Shown here piece by piece: positions 28,686-38,920 of a stretch of DNA of 64,000 bases. The position numbers were made by a program, and so were the translations under genes. Position 1 is the stretch's first letter; each line of letters opens with the position of its first letter. Source of the DNA: a bacterium (GTDB lineage: Bacteria > JAHJDO01); contig JBDRTG010000043.1 in NCBI GenBank assembly GCA_043824255.1, positions 1-64,000 on the forward strand. The letters are read 5' to 3'. Under the pieces are notes generated by a model, which saw nothing but the letters and a program-made list of their open reading frames with translations, made no database searches and had not been told where the DNA came from.

Positions 28686-31160
28686 TTGGCTGTTGACATG
28701 TATCAATTCAAAGAAATAGAAAAAAAGTGGCGGCCTGTGTGGCAAGAGATGGATCTGTATGCCACAGGTGAAGACAAGAACAAGCCAAAGTTTTACTGTC
28801 TGGACTTTTTCCCCTACCCTTCTGGCGATGGTCTGAGTGTTGGGCATTGCCGCAATTATATCCCGTCAGATGTTGTAACCAGACTAAAAAGAATGAAGGG
28901 ATATAATGTGCTGCATCCAATGGGATGGGATGGTTTTGGGCTTCCGGCAGAAAACTATGCGTTAAAGATGAAAATGCATCCGGCAAAAACTACTGCTCAA
29001 AATGCAGCAAACTATAAACGCCAGTTTAATCTAATTGAAGCAAGCTATGATTGGACAAAGGAAATCAATTCCACGGATCCTGCCTATTATCGCTGGACAC
29101 AGTGGTTTTTCCTCCTGCTTTTCAAAAGAGGACTTGCATATCAGGCTATGGGTTCCCAGTGGTGGTGCCCCTCATGCAAAACAATCCTGGCAAATGAACA
29201 GGTAGAAGCAGGAAAATGCTGGCGTTGTAATTCGGATGTTACAAGAAAGGCCCTAAAGCAGTGGTATTTTAAAATAACAGATTATGCAGACCGGCTTATT
29301 AGTGACCTGGACAAAGTTGACTGGCCTGAATCTATAAAAATGATGCAGCGCAACTGGATCGGCCGCAGTGAAGGAGTAGAAATAATTTTCAAGACTGTTG
29401 ATACGTCTGGAAATAAACACAATATTCCTATTTTTACAACAAGAGTGGATACTATATATGGCGTTACATTTATGACACTTGCTCCGGAACATCCTCTTGT
29501 AGAAAAGCTAACTACATCCGAACAAAAAAACAAGGTTGAAGCATATGTTGAAAAATCGTGCAAGGAGAGTGAGATAGAACGTCTCTCTACAGAGAAAGAA
29601 AAAACAGGCGTTTTTACAGGCTCCTATGCAGAAAATCCATTCAATAAAGATAAAATACCTATCTGGATCGGGGATTATGTTCTTCTTTCCTATGGCACTG
29701 GCGCAGTGATGGCAGTACCTGCGCATGACAAGAGAGACTTTGCCTTTGCTAAAAAATATAATATTCCTGTTAAAGAAGTTATAAGCCCTGATGGAAGAGA
29801 ACATGTATTAGAGGATGCATATGTTGAATATGGATTAATGATAAATTCAGGCCAATTTAATGGATTGTCCTCAGAAGAGGGCATTAAAGCTCTTAGTGAA
29901 TTTGCTAAAGAACACGGATTTGGCGGTAAAAAAATTTCGTACAGGTTCAGAGACTGGCTCATATCCCGTCAAAGATATTGGGGAGCGCCTATTCCCATAA
30001 TTCAGTGTAAAAAATGCGGCATAGTTCCTGTGCCGGAAAATGAACTCCCTGTATTGCTGCCGGAGATTGAGGATTTTCAGCCAACAGGCACAGGACGTTC
30101 CCCTCTGGCAAAGGTAGATGACTTTGTAAATACTGAATGTCCAAAGTGCGGGGGACCTGCGCAAAGAGAAACTGATACAATGGACGGCTTTGCGTGTTCT
30201 TCATGGTATTTTCTGCGATTTCCAAATCCGGATTCTTCAAGAGCTCCTTTTGATAGTAAAAAAATTAAATATTGGCTGCCTGTAGACCTATATGTTGGCG
30301 GCGCAGAGCATGCGGTTATGCACCTTCTATATGCGCGCTTCTGGACAAAAGTGATGTATGACGAGGGATTAATAGAATTTGATGAGCCGTTTAAAGTCTT
30401 AAAAAATCAGGGAATGATGCTTTCCCATGATAATCAAAAGATGTCAAAGTCAAAGGGCAATGTTATAACCCCGGACAGTGTGGCAGAAGAATTTGGAACA
30501 GACGCTCTCAGAGCGTATATTCTGTTCATGGGTCCATTCGACCAGGAAGTAAAATGGGAACAAAAGGGAATAAAGGGAGTGTCTCGTTTTCTTAACAGAG
30601 TATGGGATATCGTGCTTGAGGAACAGAGGCACAAAGAAGGCACAGAGGCACAAAGAAGGGATAACAAGAAAGATAAAACATTAAACATGTGGATACACAA
30701 GACGATTAAGAGGTTTACCGCTGATATTGAGCGTCTTCAGTTTAACACTGCAGTTGCTGCTTTAATGGAGTATATCAACTATTTATATGAGATTAAAAAG
30801 GATAAAGAAGTTACATCCTCAGAACTGTGGATAGAGGCTTTGGAAACATTGGTAAGATTATTGTCCCCTGTTACTCCTTTTCTGTCAGAGGAACTATGGC
30901 ATGTTATGGGGCATCAGAATAGTATCTACAAGCAGGTGTGGCCTGAGTATGATGAGGATGCGATAAAAGTTGATGAAATTGAGATCGTTGTGCAGATCAA
31001 TGGGAAGATAAAAAGCAGAATGCAAATAAGCACGAATCTCCATGAAGAAGAAATCAAAAAACTTGCTCTGGCTGATAAACATATAAAAGAAGTTACTGCT
31101 AATAAAACCATTCGAAAGATATTTGTAGTTCCTGGAAAATTAGTTAATATTGTAATTTAG
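28686..31160 (+). CDS. leuS: Leucine--tRNA ligase
   Basis: FPYPSG..LSVGH, DWLISRQRYWG, KMSKS, VQINGK. Start may be ATG 28698. Confidence 0.97.
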   Translation: MAVDMYQFKEIEKKWRPVWQEMDLYATGEDKNKPKFYCLDFFPYPSGDGLSVGHCRNYIPSDVVTRLKRMKGYNVLHPMGWDGFGLPAENYALKMKMHPAKTTAQNAANYKRQFNLIEASYDWTKEINSTDPAYYRWTQWFFLLLFKRGLAYQAMGSQWWCPSCKTILANEQVEAGKCWRCNSDVTRKALKQWYFKITDYADRLISDLDKVDWPESIKMMQRNWIGRSEGVEIIFKTVDTSGNKHNIPIFTTRVDTIYGVTFMTLAPEHPLVEKLTTSEQKNKVEAYVEKSCKESEIERLSTEKEKTGVFTGSYAENPFNKDKIPIWIGDYVLLSYGTGAVMAVPAHDKRDFAFAKKYNIPVKEVISPDGREHVLEDAYVEYGLMINSGQFNGLSSEEGIKALSEFAKEHGFGGKKISYRFRDWLISRQRYWGAPIPIIQCKKCGIVPVPENELPVLLPEIEDFQPTGTGRSPLAKVDDFVNTECPKCGGPAQRETDTMDGFACSSWYFLRFPNPDSSRAPFDSKKIKYWLPVDLYVGGAEHAVMHLLYARFWTKVMYDEGLIEFDEPFKVLKNQGMMLSHDNQKMSKSKGNVITPDSVAEEFGTDALRAYILFMGPFDQEVKWEQKGIKGVSRFLNRVWDIVLEEQRHKEGTEAQRRDNKKDKTLNMWIHKTIKRFTADIERLQFNTAVAALMEYINYLYEIKKDKEVTSSELWIEALETLVRLLSPVTPFLSEELWHVMGHQNSIYKQVWPEYDEDAIKVDEIEIVVQINGKIKSRMQISTNLHEEEIKKLALADKHIKEVTANKTIRKIFVVPGKLVNIVI
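30623..30659. repeat. Direct repeat ACAGAGGCACAAAGAAGG x2 (19-nt period) within leuS
   Basis: 30623-30640 and 30642-30659 are identical. Confidence 0.85.
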
Positions 31161-31184
31161 TCATAAAAGAGTTACAATAAAAAA

Positions 31185-31268
31185 TCTGGGGGAGCGTAGA
31201 GCTGAGAGTTCCGAAAGTGTTCGGAAGACCCCTTGAACCTGTTGGGATAATACCCGCGTAGGGAACGG
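31185..31268 (+). promoter_or_regulatory. TPP riboswitch (THI element) aptamer
   Basis: GGGG..GCTGAGA...GACCC.TTGAACCTG...GATAATACC.GCGTAGGGAA consensus motifs directly upstream of thiamine genes. Confidence 0.93.
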
Positions 31269-31289
31269 AAAATAAGTTAGAATTAGTTT

Positions 31290-31320
31290 AAATCTGTTCC
31301 TGCATGGAGCAGATTTTTTT
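31290..31320 (+). terminator. Intrinsic terminator forming the riboswitch expression platform
   Basis: AAATCTGTTCC-TGCAT-GGAGCAGATTT hairpin followed by a T run. Confidence 0.8.
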
Positions 31321-31335
31321 ATGGAGGGTAGAAAA

Positions 31336-32121
31336 ATGCTGGATGAAACAATAATCTCAAAAGCTATACTGGAAACATATAATAAGAAGCTTATAAATTG
31401 TTTGAATCTTGATGTAGCAATTGCAGGCGCAGGACCTGCAGGCATAGTAGCTTCCTATTATATGGCAAGAAAAGGATTGCATGTCGCAATATTCGAAAGA
31501 AAACTCTCCCCTGGCGGAGGTATGTGGGGAGGAGGCATGATGTTCAACCAGATCGTTGTGCAGGCAAACGCACTAGGGGTGCTTGATGAGTTTGACATTT
31601 CGTACAAAGAGTATCAAAAGAATTATTACGTAGCTGATTCAGTTGAAGCAATGTCAAAGCTTCTGGCAAAAGCAATGTCTGCAGGTGTAAAAATATTTAA
31701 CTGTATATCTGTAGAGGATACTGTGATTATTAACAATGTTGTAAAAGGATTTGTCATTAACTGGTCTTCGGTAGGGATTGCCAATCTGCATGTTGATCCA
31801 TTAACTGTTAAAAGCAAATACGCCATAGAGGCAACAGGGCATCCTCTTGAAGTATTGACCGTGCTTGAGAAAAAGGCAGATGCTAAATTAAGAACAAAGA
31901 CAGGTAAAATAATGGGAGAAATGCCCATGAATGCAGATAAAGCAGAAAAGGATACAATAAAGAATACAAAGGAGATATATCCCGGATTATTTGTGGTTGG
32001 CATGGCAGCAAATGCGGCATTTGGAGGACCCAGAATGGGACCTATTTTTGGAGGAATGCTGCTATCTGGTAAAAAAGCATCGGAGATGATAATAAAAAAA
32101 TTTAAGAAGGGGAAAAGATGA
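31336..32121 (+). CDS. thi4: Sulfide-dependent adenosine diphosphate thiazole synthase (non-Cys Thi4)
   Basis: GAGPAG, GGGMWGGGM, LHVDP, PRMGPIFGGMLLSG; ATG 31336 follows GGAGGG. Confidence 0.93.
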   Translation: MLDETIISKAILETYNKKLINCLNLDVAIAGAGPAGIVASYYMARKGLHVAIFERKLSPGGGMWGGGMMFNQIVVQANALGVLDEFDISYKEYQKNYYVADSVEAMSKLLAKAMSAGVKIFNCISVEDTVIINNVVKGFVINWSSVGIANLHVDPLTVKSKYAIEATGHPLEVLTVLEKKADAKLRTKTGKIMGEMPMNADKAEKDTIKNTKEIYPGLFVVGMAANAAFGGPRMGPIFGGMLLSGKKASEMIIKKFKKGKR

Positions 32122-33377
32122 CATTACTTGAGGCGGCAAAGAAGCATATCATTACAAAAGACATAAAAATAGTAGCTAAAAAAGAAGGAATAGACACAAA
32201 TAGGTTAGTTCAAAGAATCGCTGCAGGAGAAATAGTTATTCCTAAAAGTAAAAAGCATAAATTTTCTCCAATAGGTATTGGGTCTGGTTTAATGGTAAAG
32301 ATAAATGCAAATATAGGTACGTCTCCAAAGGATGCGGATATTAAAAAAGAGTTAAGGAAATTACGTGTTGCAATTAAGTCTGGCGCTGACGCAGTCATGG
32401 ATTTAAGCACAGGAGGCGATCTAAATAAGATACGCAGGGCAATTATTAAAGAATCAAGTGTACCAGTGGGAACTGTCCCTGTTTATCAGGTAATGGTAGA
32501 AAAAAAGCATATTGCTAGGATAAGCAAGAAAGATATATTAAACACGATTAGAATACACGGCGAGCAGGGAGTAGATTTTATAACTGTTCACTGCGGATTT
32601 ACAAGAGACTGCATTCCTCTGTTGAAAAACAGGGTAACTGGCGTTGTGTCCAGGGGAGGAACTTTCATAATGAGATGGATGCAGTATCATTGCAGGGAAA
32701 ATCCGCTATTTGAGTATTATGATGAGGTCTTAGACATAGCAAAAGAATATGATATGTGTCTGAGTCTTGGAGACGGACTGAGGCCCGGATGCATTGCAGA
32801 TGCAACAGATAAAGCGCAGATAAAAGAACTTAAAAATCTCGGTATATTAGCTGAAAGAGCTCGAGAAAGAGGGGTTCAGGCAATGATAGAAGGCCCCGGG
32901 CATATTCCATTGGATCAGATTGAGAAGAACATAAAGCTTCAGAAAAAATACTGCAAGAATGCGCCGTTTTATGTTCTTGGCCCGCTCGTAACAGATATTG
33001 CGCCGGGATACGACCATATAACATGCGCAATAGGAGGAACTCTTGCTGCATATTATGGGGCATCTTTTCTATGTTATGTTACTCCTGCAGAACACTTGAG
33101 TCTGCCGACAGAAGCGGATGTAAAAGAAGGCGTAATTGCCACAAAGATAGCTGCGCATGCAGCGGATGTGGCAAGGGGACATAAAAAAGCTTTGGACTGG
33201 GATAGGAGAATGTCTGTAAGCAGGAAGAAACTGGATTGGGAAGGCATGATAGCTCTGTCAATAGATCCTGAAAAAGCAAGAGAATATAGAAAACACAGCA
33301 GAATAGGTAAAGATGAAGAGTGCACAATGTGTGGAGAGTTTTGTGTAATGAAGGACTGGCAACGTGACAAAGCTTAG
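32118..33377 (+). CDS. thiC: Phosphomethylpyrimidine synthase ThiC
   Basis: KINANIGTS, MDLSTGG, SLGDGLRPG, EGPGH, CTMCGEFC. Confidence 0.97.
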   Translation: MTLLEAAKKHIITKDIKIVAKKEGIDTNRLVQRIAAGEIVIPKSKKHKFSPIGIGSGLMVKINANIGTSPKDADIKKELRKLRVAIKSGADAVMDLSTGGDLNKIRRAIIKESSVPVGTVPVYQVMVEKKHIARISKKDILNTIRIHGEQGVDFITVHCGFTRDCIPLLKNRVTGVVSRGGTFIMRWMQYHCRENPLFEYYDEVLDIAKEYDMCLSLGDGLRPGCIADATDKAQIKELKNLGILAERARERGVQAMIEGPGHIPLDQIEKNIKLQKKYCKNAPFYVLGPLVTDIAPGYDHITCAIGGTLAAYYGASFLCYVTPAEHLSLPTEADVKEGVIATKIAAHAADVARGHKKALDWDRRMSVSRKKLDWEGMIALSIDPEKAREYRKHSRIGKDEECTMCGEFCVMKDWQRDKA

Positions 33378-34308
33378 CGGAGAGTTTGAGTTAATAAAAC
33401 ATATTGCTGATCGCGCAGTAAGAAAGGAAGTAATCTGCAGCATAGGAGATGATGCTGCTGTAATAAAATATGGTAACAAGTTCCTTTTATTAACAACAGA
33501 CACTATTGTTGAACATGACCATTTTTCTTTTTCCTATTTTACCCCTGAGCAGATTGGCATAAAAGCCATTGAAAGTAATTTTTCCGATATTGCTGCAATG
33601 GGAGGTGTGCCTTTGTATGTATTGGTCTCTCTTGTATTAAAATCTGATTCAACAATGCATATGGTTGAGGAAATATACAAGGGCATGAGAAAGAGGTGTA
33701 GAAAGTATAATGTCGATATAATTGGAGGAGATACTACGCACGGAGATGCGAATGTTATTACTATAACTTTGGTAGGTGAAACAGATAAAAAACATCTTTG
33801 TATGAGAAAAGATGCAAAGCCAGGAGACCTTGTATTCGTAACAGGACTTCTCGGCGCATCAACAGCAGGCTTGCATCTCTTCAGGAAGAGAATAAAGGGC
33901 TTTAAAAAAATTAAAGCATATCACACCACACCCAAATCAAGACTGGATGTATCATGGAAGATTGCAGGCTATGCTAATGCAATGGAGGATATAAGCGACG
34001 GACTTGCTTCCGAACTTAGAAATATCTCTGAGCAAAGCAAGTGCAGAGCTATTATATATGCAGATAAAGTTCCAATAGATAAGCAAACTCATATGGCTGC
34101 TCAGGCTTGTGAAGAAAGCGCCTTAGATTTTGCTCTATATGGAGGAGAGGATTTTGAGCTTGTTTATACTGTCTCAAAAGAAAGAAGTAAAACCGCATAC
34201 GGCTACTGTGTCGGCGAAATCACTAAGGGTAAGGGTATTTATCTAAAAAAAGACAATAGATTAACAAAACTTGCGAAGTTTGGATATGATCATTTCAAAA
34301 AGCAATAA
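33364..34308 (+). CDS. thiL: Thiamine-monophosphate kinase
   Basis: GEFELI, IGDDAA, NFSDIAAMGG, GGDT, DISDGL, GGEDFEL. Confidence 0.96.
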   Translation: MTKLSGEFELIKHIADRAVRKEVICSIGDDAAVIKYGNKFLLLTTDTIVEHDHFSFSYFTPEQIGIKAIESNFSDIAAMGGVPLYVLVSLVLKSDSTMHMVEEIYKGMRKRCRKYNVDIIGGDTTHGDANVITITLVGETDKKHLCMRKDAKPGDLVFVTGLLGASTAGLHLFRKRIKGFKKIKAYHTTPKSRLDVSWKIAGYANAMEDISDGLASELRNISEQSKCRAIIYADKVPIDKQTHMAAQACEESALDFALYGGEDFELVYTVSKERSKTAYGYCVGEITKGKGIYLKKDNRLTKLAKFGYDHFKKQ

Positions 34309-35026
34309 TCCATTTAAAATAATTCCAGTTTCTATTTTACTGTCCTTATTGTTAATTAGAACTAGTTTCGCAGAAACTACCGGCTCAATATCAGGTACAA
34401 TAGAACCAAAAGAAAAAGTGGTCAGTATACACGCGTTAATTAGAGCAACAGGCCCTTTTAACAAAGATGATAAGAAAAATAGATACAAAGCCGATTTCAA
34501 TAAAACTACAGGCAGATTCTTCATAAAAAACATTCCTTCCGGAACATATGATATTTCTGTAATAACACATGATCTAGTCGTTGAGGGAGTGAATCTTAGA
34601 GTGGAGGGAAATGGAGTTCCCTTGAGCTTATTTGAGAAAAGGGCAATCAGGAAGAAAATAGAAGAGGAAAAAGACTTTTTCGATTCAAAAAAAGTGATAA
34701 TGTTTCAGGGAAATATCTATACTGCAAAAGTGCTTGTTGAAAAATACAGGGATAGAAGAACTTCCATGGGGAAGAATTTTGCGTTCAGGAGATTTGACAT
34801 TTATACGTTCAAGAATTTTGATGAGGATTGGAAACCGATCAAGAATGCAGATTTTGTTTTAAGAGAAGTAATAGATAAAAGCAAGCCAAATCAAGATATA
34901 AAAAGAGTATTTGCCCCGCAGCTTGGAGGAATTGTTGTTGAATCAGGGGAAAATACCACCATTTCTATTTATCACATCCCGAAATTGATTTGCCTTGAAA
35001 TTCAACCTAACTATTTGCTATATTGA
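34271..35026 (+). CDS. Secreted hypothetical protein with a carboxypeptidase-regulatory-like (prealbumin-fold) N-terminal domain
   Basis: Signal peptide ending SFA; TGSISGTI...GRFFIKNIPSGTYDISV. Start may be ATG 34286. Confidence 0.6.
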   Translation: MRSLDMIISKSNNPFKIIPVSILLSLLLIRTSFAETTGSISGTIEPKEKVVSIHALIRATGPFNKDDKKNRYKADFNKTTGRFFIKNIPSGTYDISVITHDLVVEGVNLRVEGNGVPLSLFEKRAIRKKIEEEKDFFDSKKVIMFQGNIYTAKVLVEKYRDRRTSMGKNFAFRRFDIYTFKNFDEDWKPIKNADFVLREVIDKSKPNQDIKRVFAPQLGGIVVESGENTTISIYHIPKLICLEIQPNYLLY

Positions 35027-35052
35027 ATGTAATTAATGGGAGGGGAATTGAT

Positions 35053-35625
35053 ATGATAGAGTTTTTTCGCAAAAGAACGGGTTTTACACTTATGGAGATG
35101 CTTGTTGTAATTGCAATAATAGCTATGCTTGCAGGCATGCTGCTTCCGGCTTTATCAAAGGCAAGGATAAGGGCAAGGGTTGCAAAAGCCAAGGCTGAAA
35201 TGCTGAATATAAGAGTTTCTATAGAGCAGTACTATGCAGATTATTCCACTTATCCGACAAATGATAATAAATTCAATTATGAGGCTGGCAAGTCAGCTGC
35301 AACGGAAGACTATGGGGCGCTTTATAAACTAAAGGTCGATACTAAAGCATACATGTCCAGTATTCCAAAAGACCCATTTGATAACTCAATCCCGTATATG
35401 TATTTTTCCAATGAGGATCGTATGGATGGTTCTGCTTTGTCCGATACAGCTACTGCGTGGGTTATGTTTAGCAGAGGGCCTGATAAGGAGACTACGGATG
35501 TAACTATAATTCTTCCTACTTGCAATGATGCCTATGACAGCTGTATTGAGGGTACTGGCTTTGAGAACGAATACTCTGCAGGAAATCCCACAAATGCTGG
35601 GAATGTATATTTAAGAGGGCCGTAA
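35053..35625 (+). CDS. Prepilin-type N-terminal cleavage/methylation protein, GspG-like pseudopilin
   Basis: G/FTLMEMLVVIAII class III signal peptide; IPKDPF...YxY and SRGPD motifs. Confidence 0.85.
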   Translation: MIEFFRKRTGFTLMEMLVVIAIIAMLAGMLLPALSKARIRARVAKAKAEMLNIRVSIEQYYADYSTYPTNDNKFNYEAGKSAATEDYGALYKLKVDTKAYMSSIPKDPFDNSIPYMYFSNEDRMDGSALSDTATAWVMFSRGPDKETTDVTIILPTCNDAYDSCIEGTGFENEYSAGNPTNAGNVYLRGP

Positions 35626-35628
35626 AGA

Positions 35629-36633
35629 TTGGGGAGAAAAATCTTAATCATCAAGCCCTCCTCAATGGGCGATATTATTCATGCTTTGCCAGTACTTGCA
35701 ACATTGAGAAAACACTATCCTAAAGCAGAAATCGCCTGGATTGTTAAAAACAAATTTTCTGATTTATTAGCAGGCAATCCTGATCTAACAGATGTCATTC
35801 CATTTGATAGCAATAGTTTTTTGCAATTAATCAACACACTGCGCAAAAGAGATTTTGATGTTGCGCTGGACCTTCAAGGACTATTCAGAAGCGGAATTTT
35901 AGCTTACTTAAGCAAGGCAAGCCATAGGATCGGTTTCAGTAAGATTAACAGTCGCGAATTAAGCTATATATTCTATAATCATAAGGTAACCCCGCCTCAA
36001 AAGGCTGTTCATGTAGTGGATAAAAACCTGAGCTTACTTGAATCGCTGGGTATATCTGAATATATATATGATTTTAAAATCCCAATATCTATACAGGATT
36101 TAAGATTTGCAAAGGAATTTTTTGCATCAAGAAAACTTGTTCCTGAGAGGAATAAAATCATTATGCTAAACCCTGGCGCTGGATGGCCAACAAAGCGCTG
36201 GCCCTCTGAAAAATTCATCCGCCTTGCAGATAAATTAACAGAGCATATTAATACAAAAGTAATTATGTCATGGGGCCCTCAAGAAAAAGAGATAATAGAA
36301 AACATTAAAAGCAACGAGAACAACAGAATTACAATAATGCCTCAATCTACTATAAAACAACTTGCGGCAATAATTAAGAGCTGTGATCTTTTTGTTGGCT
36401 CGGATACAGGCCCTACCCACCTTGCAGCTGCATTAGAAATTCCTGTTGTTGGCCTATATGGTCCGTCAGACCCTAAAAGAAATGGCTCGTATGGAACAAA
36501 GAATATTATTATTCAGAAAGATATACCATGTGTCTCATGCTGGAAGAGAGAATGTGATAAAATTGATTGCATGAAGAATATATCCGTTGACGAGGTTTTT
36601 GAAGCATGTATAAAACTACCCGTGACGAAATAA
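35629..36633 (+). CDS. Lipopolysaccharide heptosyltransferase (GT9, WaaC/WaaF-like)
   Basis: ILIIKPSSMGDIIH, DLQGL, PGAGWPTKRW, DTGPTHLAAAL. Confidence 0.93.
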   Translation: MGRKILIIKPSSMGDIIHALPVLATLRKHYPKAEIAWIVKNKFSDLLAGNPDLTDVIPFDSNSFLQLINTLRKRDFDVALDLQGLFRSGILAYLSKASHRIGFSKINSRELSYIFYNHKVTPPQKAVHVVDKNLSLLESLGISEYIYDFKIPISIQDLRFAKEFFASRKLVPERNKIIMLNPGAGWPTKRWPSEKFIRLADKLTEHINTKVIMSWGPQEKEIIENIKSNENNRITIMPQSTIKQLAAIIKSCDLFVGSDTGPTHLAAALEIPVVGLYGPSDPKRNGSYGTKNIIIQKDIPCVSCWKRECDKIDCMKNISVDEVFEACIKLPVTK

Positions 36634-36635
36634 AA

Positions 36636-37865
36636 ATGAACAGCTCAAAAATATCCATTATATGTGACAGAATTATTGAGTACAGCATACTCCTTTTAGT
36701 TTTTATTATGCCATTTAGACATACTGCATCTATTGAATCAATCGCTCTTCTTATCCCTCTCATTGCATGGATAGTGAAGCTAAAATATGTTCCTGATGCG
36801 CATTTTATAAAAACACCTCTGAATTTCCCTATTATGTATTGGGGAATTGTTGTTGTGTTAGCCTCCGTCAGTTCCATAGCTCAAACGTATAGTTTCTATG
36901 AATTCAGGTCGCAGTTTTTGAAACAAATTATTCTATTTTTTATTGTAATAAATAATATAAAGACCAAAAAACAGATACTGAAAATAGTATACATATTAGC
37001 TATTTCAGCATGTGTCTTTTCTATATATGGCATATGCGGTTATTTCAATAACACATTAACAGAGTATGGAAGAGCTATAGGCGCCTTTGGCAGCTATAGC
37101 CGTTCAGCAATGTATTGTATACTTGTTATCCCTTTAATTCTGATAGTGTTTTTCCATACTAAAAACAAATACATAAAACTGGTTTTGATTTTATCTGCTT
37201 TCTTAACAGGCATATTATTAGTGTTAACTTTCACCCGCGGGCCATGGGCAATATTATTTGTTATTCTCTCAATATTACTGTTCAAAAAAAGCAAGAAGAT
37301 GTTAATAGCCTTTTTAGCAGCATTACTGCTTTTGGGCCTTTTTTATGGCCCGGTTACTGAAAGAGTAAAGTTTACATTTGAGGTTAAAGAAGGTATTAAC
37401 CGAGCGTTATCCGGACGCTTAACATTATGGCACAACAGTCTTCAGATTATAAAAAAACACCCTGTGCTGGGTGTGGGATATGGGCCAAATATATTTAGAA
37501 AAATGTATCTACATCCAGAATATAAATTCTATATTACTGATCCTCATGGCAATTTCCAGCAATCAGATGCACACAATCTCTATTTGCAGATCCCTGTAGA
37601 GACCGGGATAGTGGGACTTGTAGTCTTTATGTATCTTTTGACAAGATATATAAAATGTGCCTGCAAGTCATACATACATACAGAAGACTATTTTAAAAAG
37701 GATATATTATTCACAATTCTTTTGACAATTATTGGGTTTTTAGTTTGCAGTATTTCCGGATACTTTTATGAAGATAGAATAGGGCTTATGTTTTGGTTGT
37801 ACCTGGGGATATCCATAGGCATAGGTAAAGGGATAGAAACTAATGAAAAAGAAAAACACGCCTAG
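36636..37865 (+). CDS. O-antigen ligase family membrane protein
   Basis: Many TM helices; TFTRG, RLTLW, HPVLGVG, AHNLYLQ..VETGIVG. Confidence 0.88.
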   Translation: MNSSKISIICDRIIEYSILLLVFIMPFRHTASIESIALLIPLIAWIVKLKYVPDAHFIKTPLNFPIMYWGIVVVLASVSSIAQTYSFYEFRSQFLKQIILFFIVINNIKTKKQILKIVYILAISACVFSIYGICGYFNNTLTEYGRAIGAFGSYSRSAMYCILVIPLILIVFFHTKNKYIKLVLILSAFLTGILLVLTFTRGPWAILFVILSILLFKKSKKMLIAFLAALLLLGLFYGPVTERVKFTFEVKEGINRALSGRLTLWHNSLQIIKKHPVLGVGYGPNIFRKMYLHPEYKFYITDPHGNFQQSDAHNLYLQIPVETGIVGLVVFMYLLTRYIKCACKSYIHTEDYFKKDILFTILLTIIGFLVCSISGYFYEDRIGLMFWLYLGISIGIGKGIETNEKEKHA

Positions 37866-38898
37866 CAGAATTGTATTCTTCCCAAAGGGCGATTATAACA
37901 TACCAAGCACAAGATACAGATGTATGCTTTTTGCCAGGGAATTGGAAAAGTATGGATTTTCTACTTCTATAATGTCTCCTCGTCCAATACTCAAAAAAAA
38001 TATATGTATTGAACGATACAGAGAAGCAATGAAGACCATAAGAGAATTGAACCAAAATCGCAAAGATGCTATTATTTACGCACAAAGAACTGTCTATCAG
38101 TCAGACTTTATAAGATTTCTATGGGTATATAAAAAACTATTTAATATAAGTGTAGTCTTTGATTTTGATGATGCAATATTCTTAAGGCGTAAGAAGCGCA
38201 CAAATCGCATGTTAAAGATTTCAGATGTTATTATTGTTGGGAGCCACTTTCTTGCTGAGTATGCCCAAAAATACAATGATAATGTTTACATTGTGTCAAC
38301 AGCTATTGATACAGATAAATTTAAGCCTGCATACCTGGAGAAAAAAGCTGAATTTAAAATAGGATGGGTTGGGGATGGAAAGACATATCAGGATGACCTC
38401 ATAATGCTGAAGAAGCCGTTAATATCTCTTGCAAGAACCCATAATATAATGTTTGAGATAATAGGCACCAAAGATTGCCATAAACTAAAGGAAGTTTATG
38501 GAGAATGTGAACATTTAAAAGTTGAGATGATCGACTGGATGGAACCTGATGAGATACCCTCTAAATTGACAACACTTGATGTAGGAGTGTACCCTTTACT
38601 GGATAATGAGTGGAATAAGGGGAAATGCGGCCTTAAAGCCCTGGAGTATATGTCCACAGGTATTGCTGCCGTATGTAGTAATATAGGTGAAAATAAGTAT
38701 TTTATAAAAGACGGAAAAGATGGACTTCTGGCAAGAACACCTGATGAATGGGAAACCAAACTCAGAGTTTTAATTGAGAACACCCAACTTAAGGAACAAA
38801 TAGCTCTGAATGGAAGAAAAACTGTTGAAGAAAGATACTCTATACATGTTGCTGGAGAAAAACTTGCAGAAATATTAAAAAACAAATTCTGGAATTAA
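37843..38898 (+). CDS. Glycosyltransferase family 4
   Basis: DFDDAIF, IGWVG, KCGLKALEYMSTG. Confidence 0.9.
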   Translation: MKKKNTPSRIVFFPKGDYNIPSTRYRCMLFARELEKYGFSTSIMSPRPILKKNICIERYREAMKTIRELNQNRKDAIIYAQRTVYQSDFIRFLWVYKKLFNISVVFDFDDAIFLRRKKRTNRMLKISDVIIVGSHFLAEYAQKYNDNVYIVSTAIDTDKFKPAYLEKKAEFKIGWVGDGKTYQDDLIMLKKPLISLARTHNIMFEIIGTKDCHKLKEVYGECEHLKVEMIDWMEPDEIPSKLTTLDVGVYPLLDNEWNKGKCGLKALEYMSTGIAAVCSNIGENKYFIKDGKDGLLARTPDEWETKLRVLIENTQLKEQIALNGRKTVEERYSIHVAGEKLAEILKNKFWN

Positions 38899-38920
38899 GA
38901 ATAGCATGGAGGAATAACCT

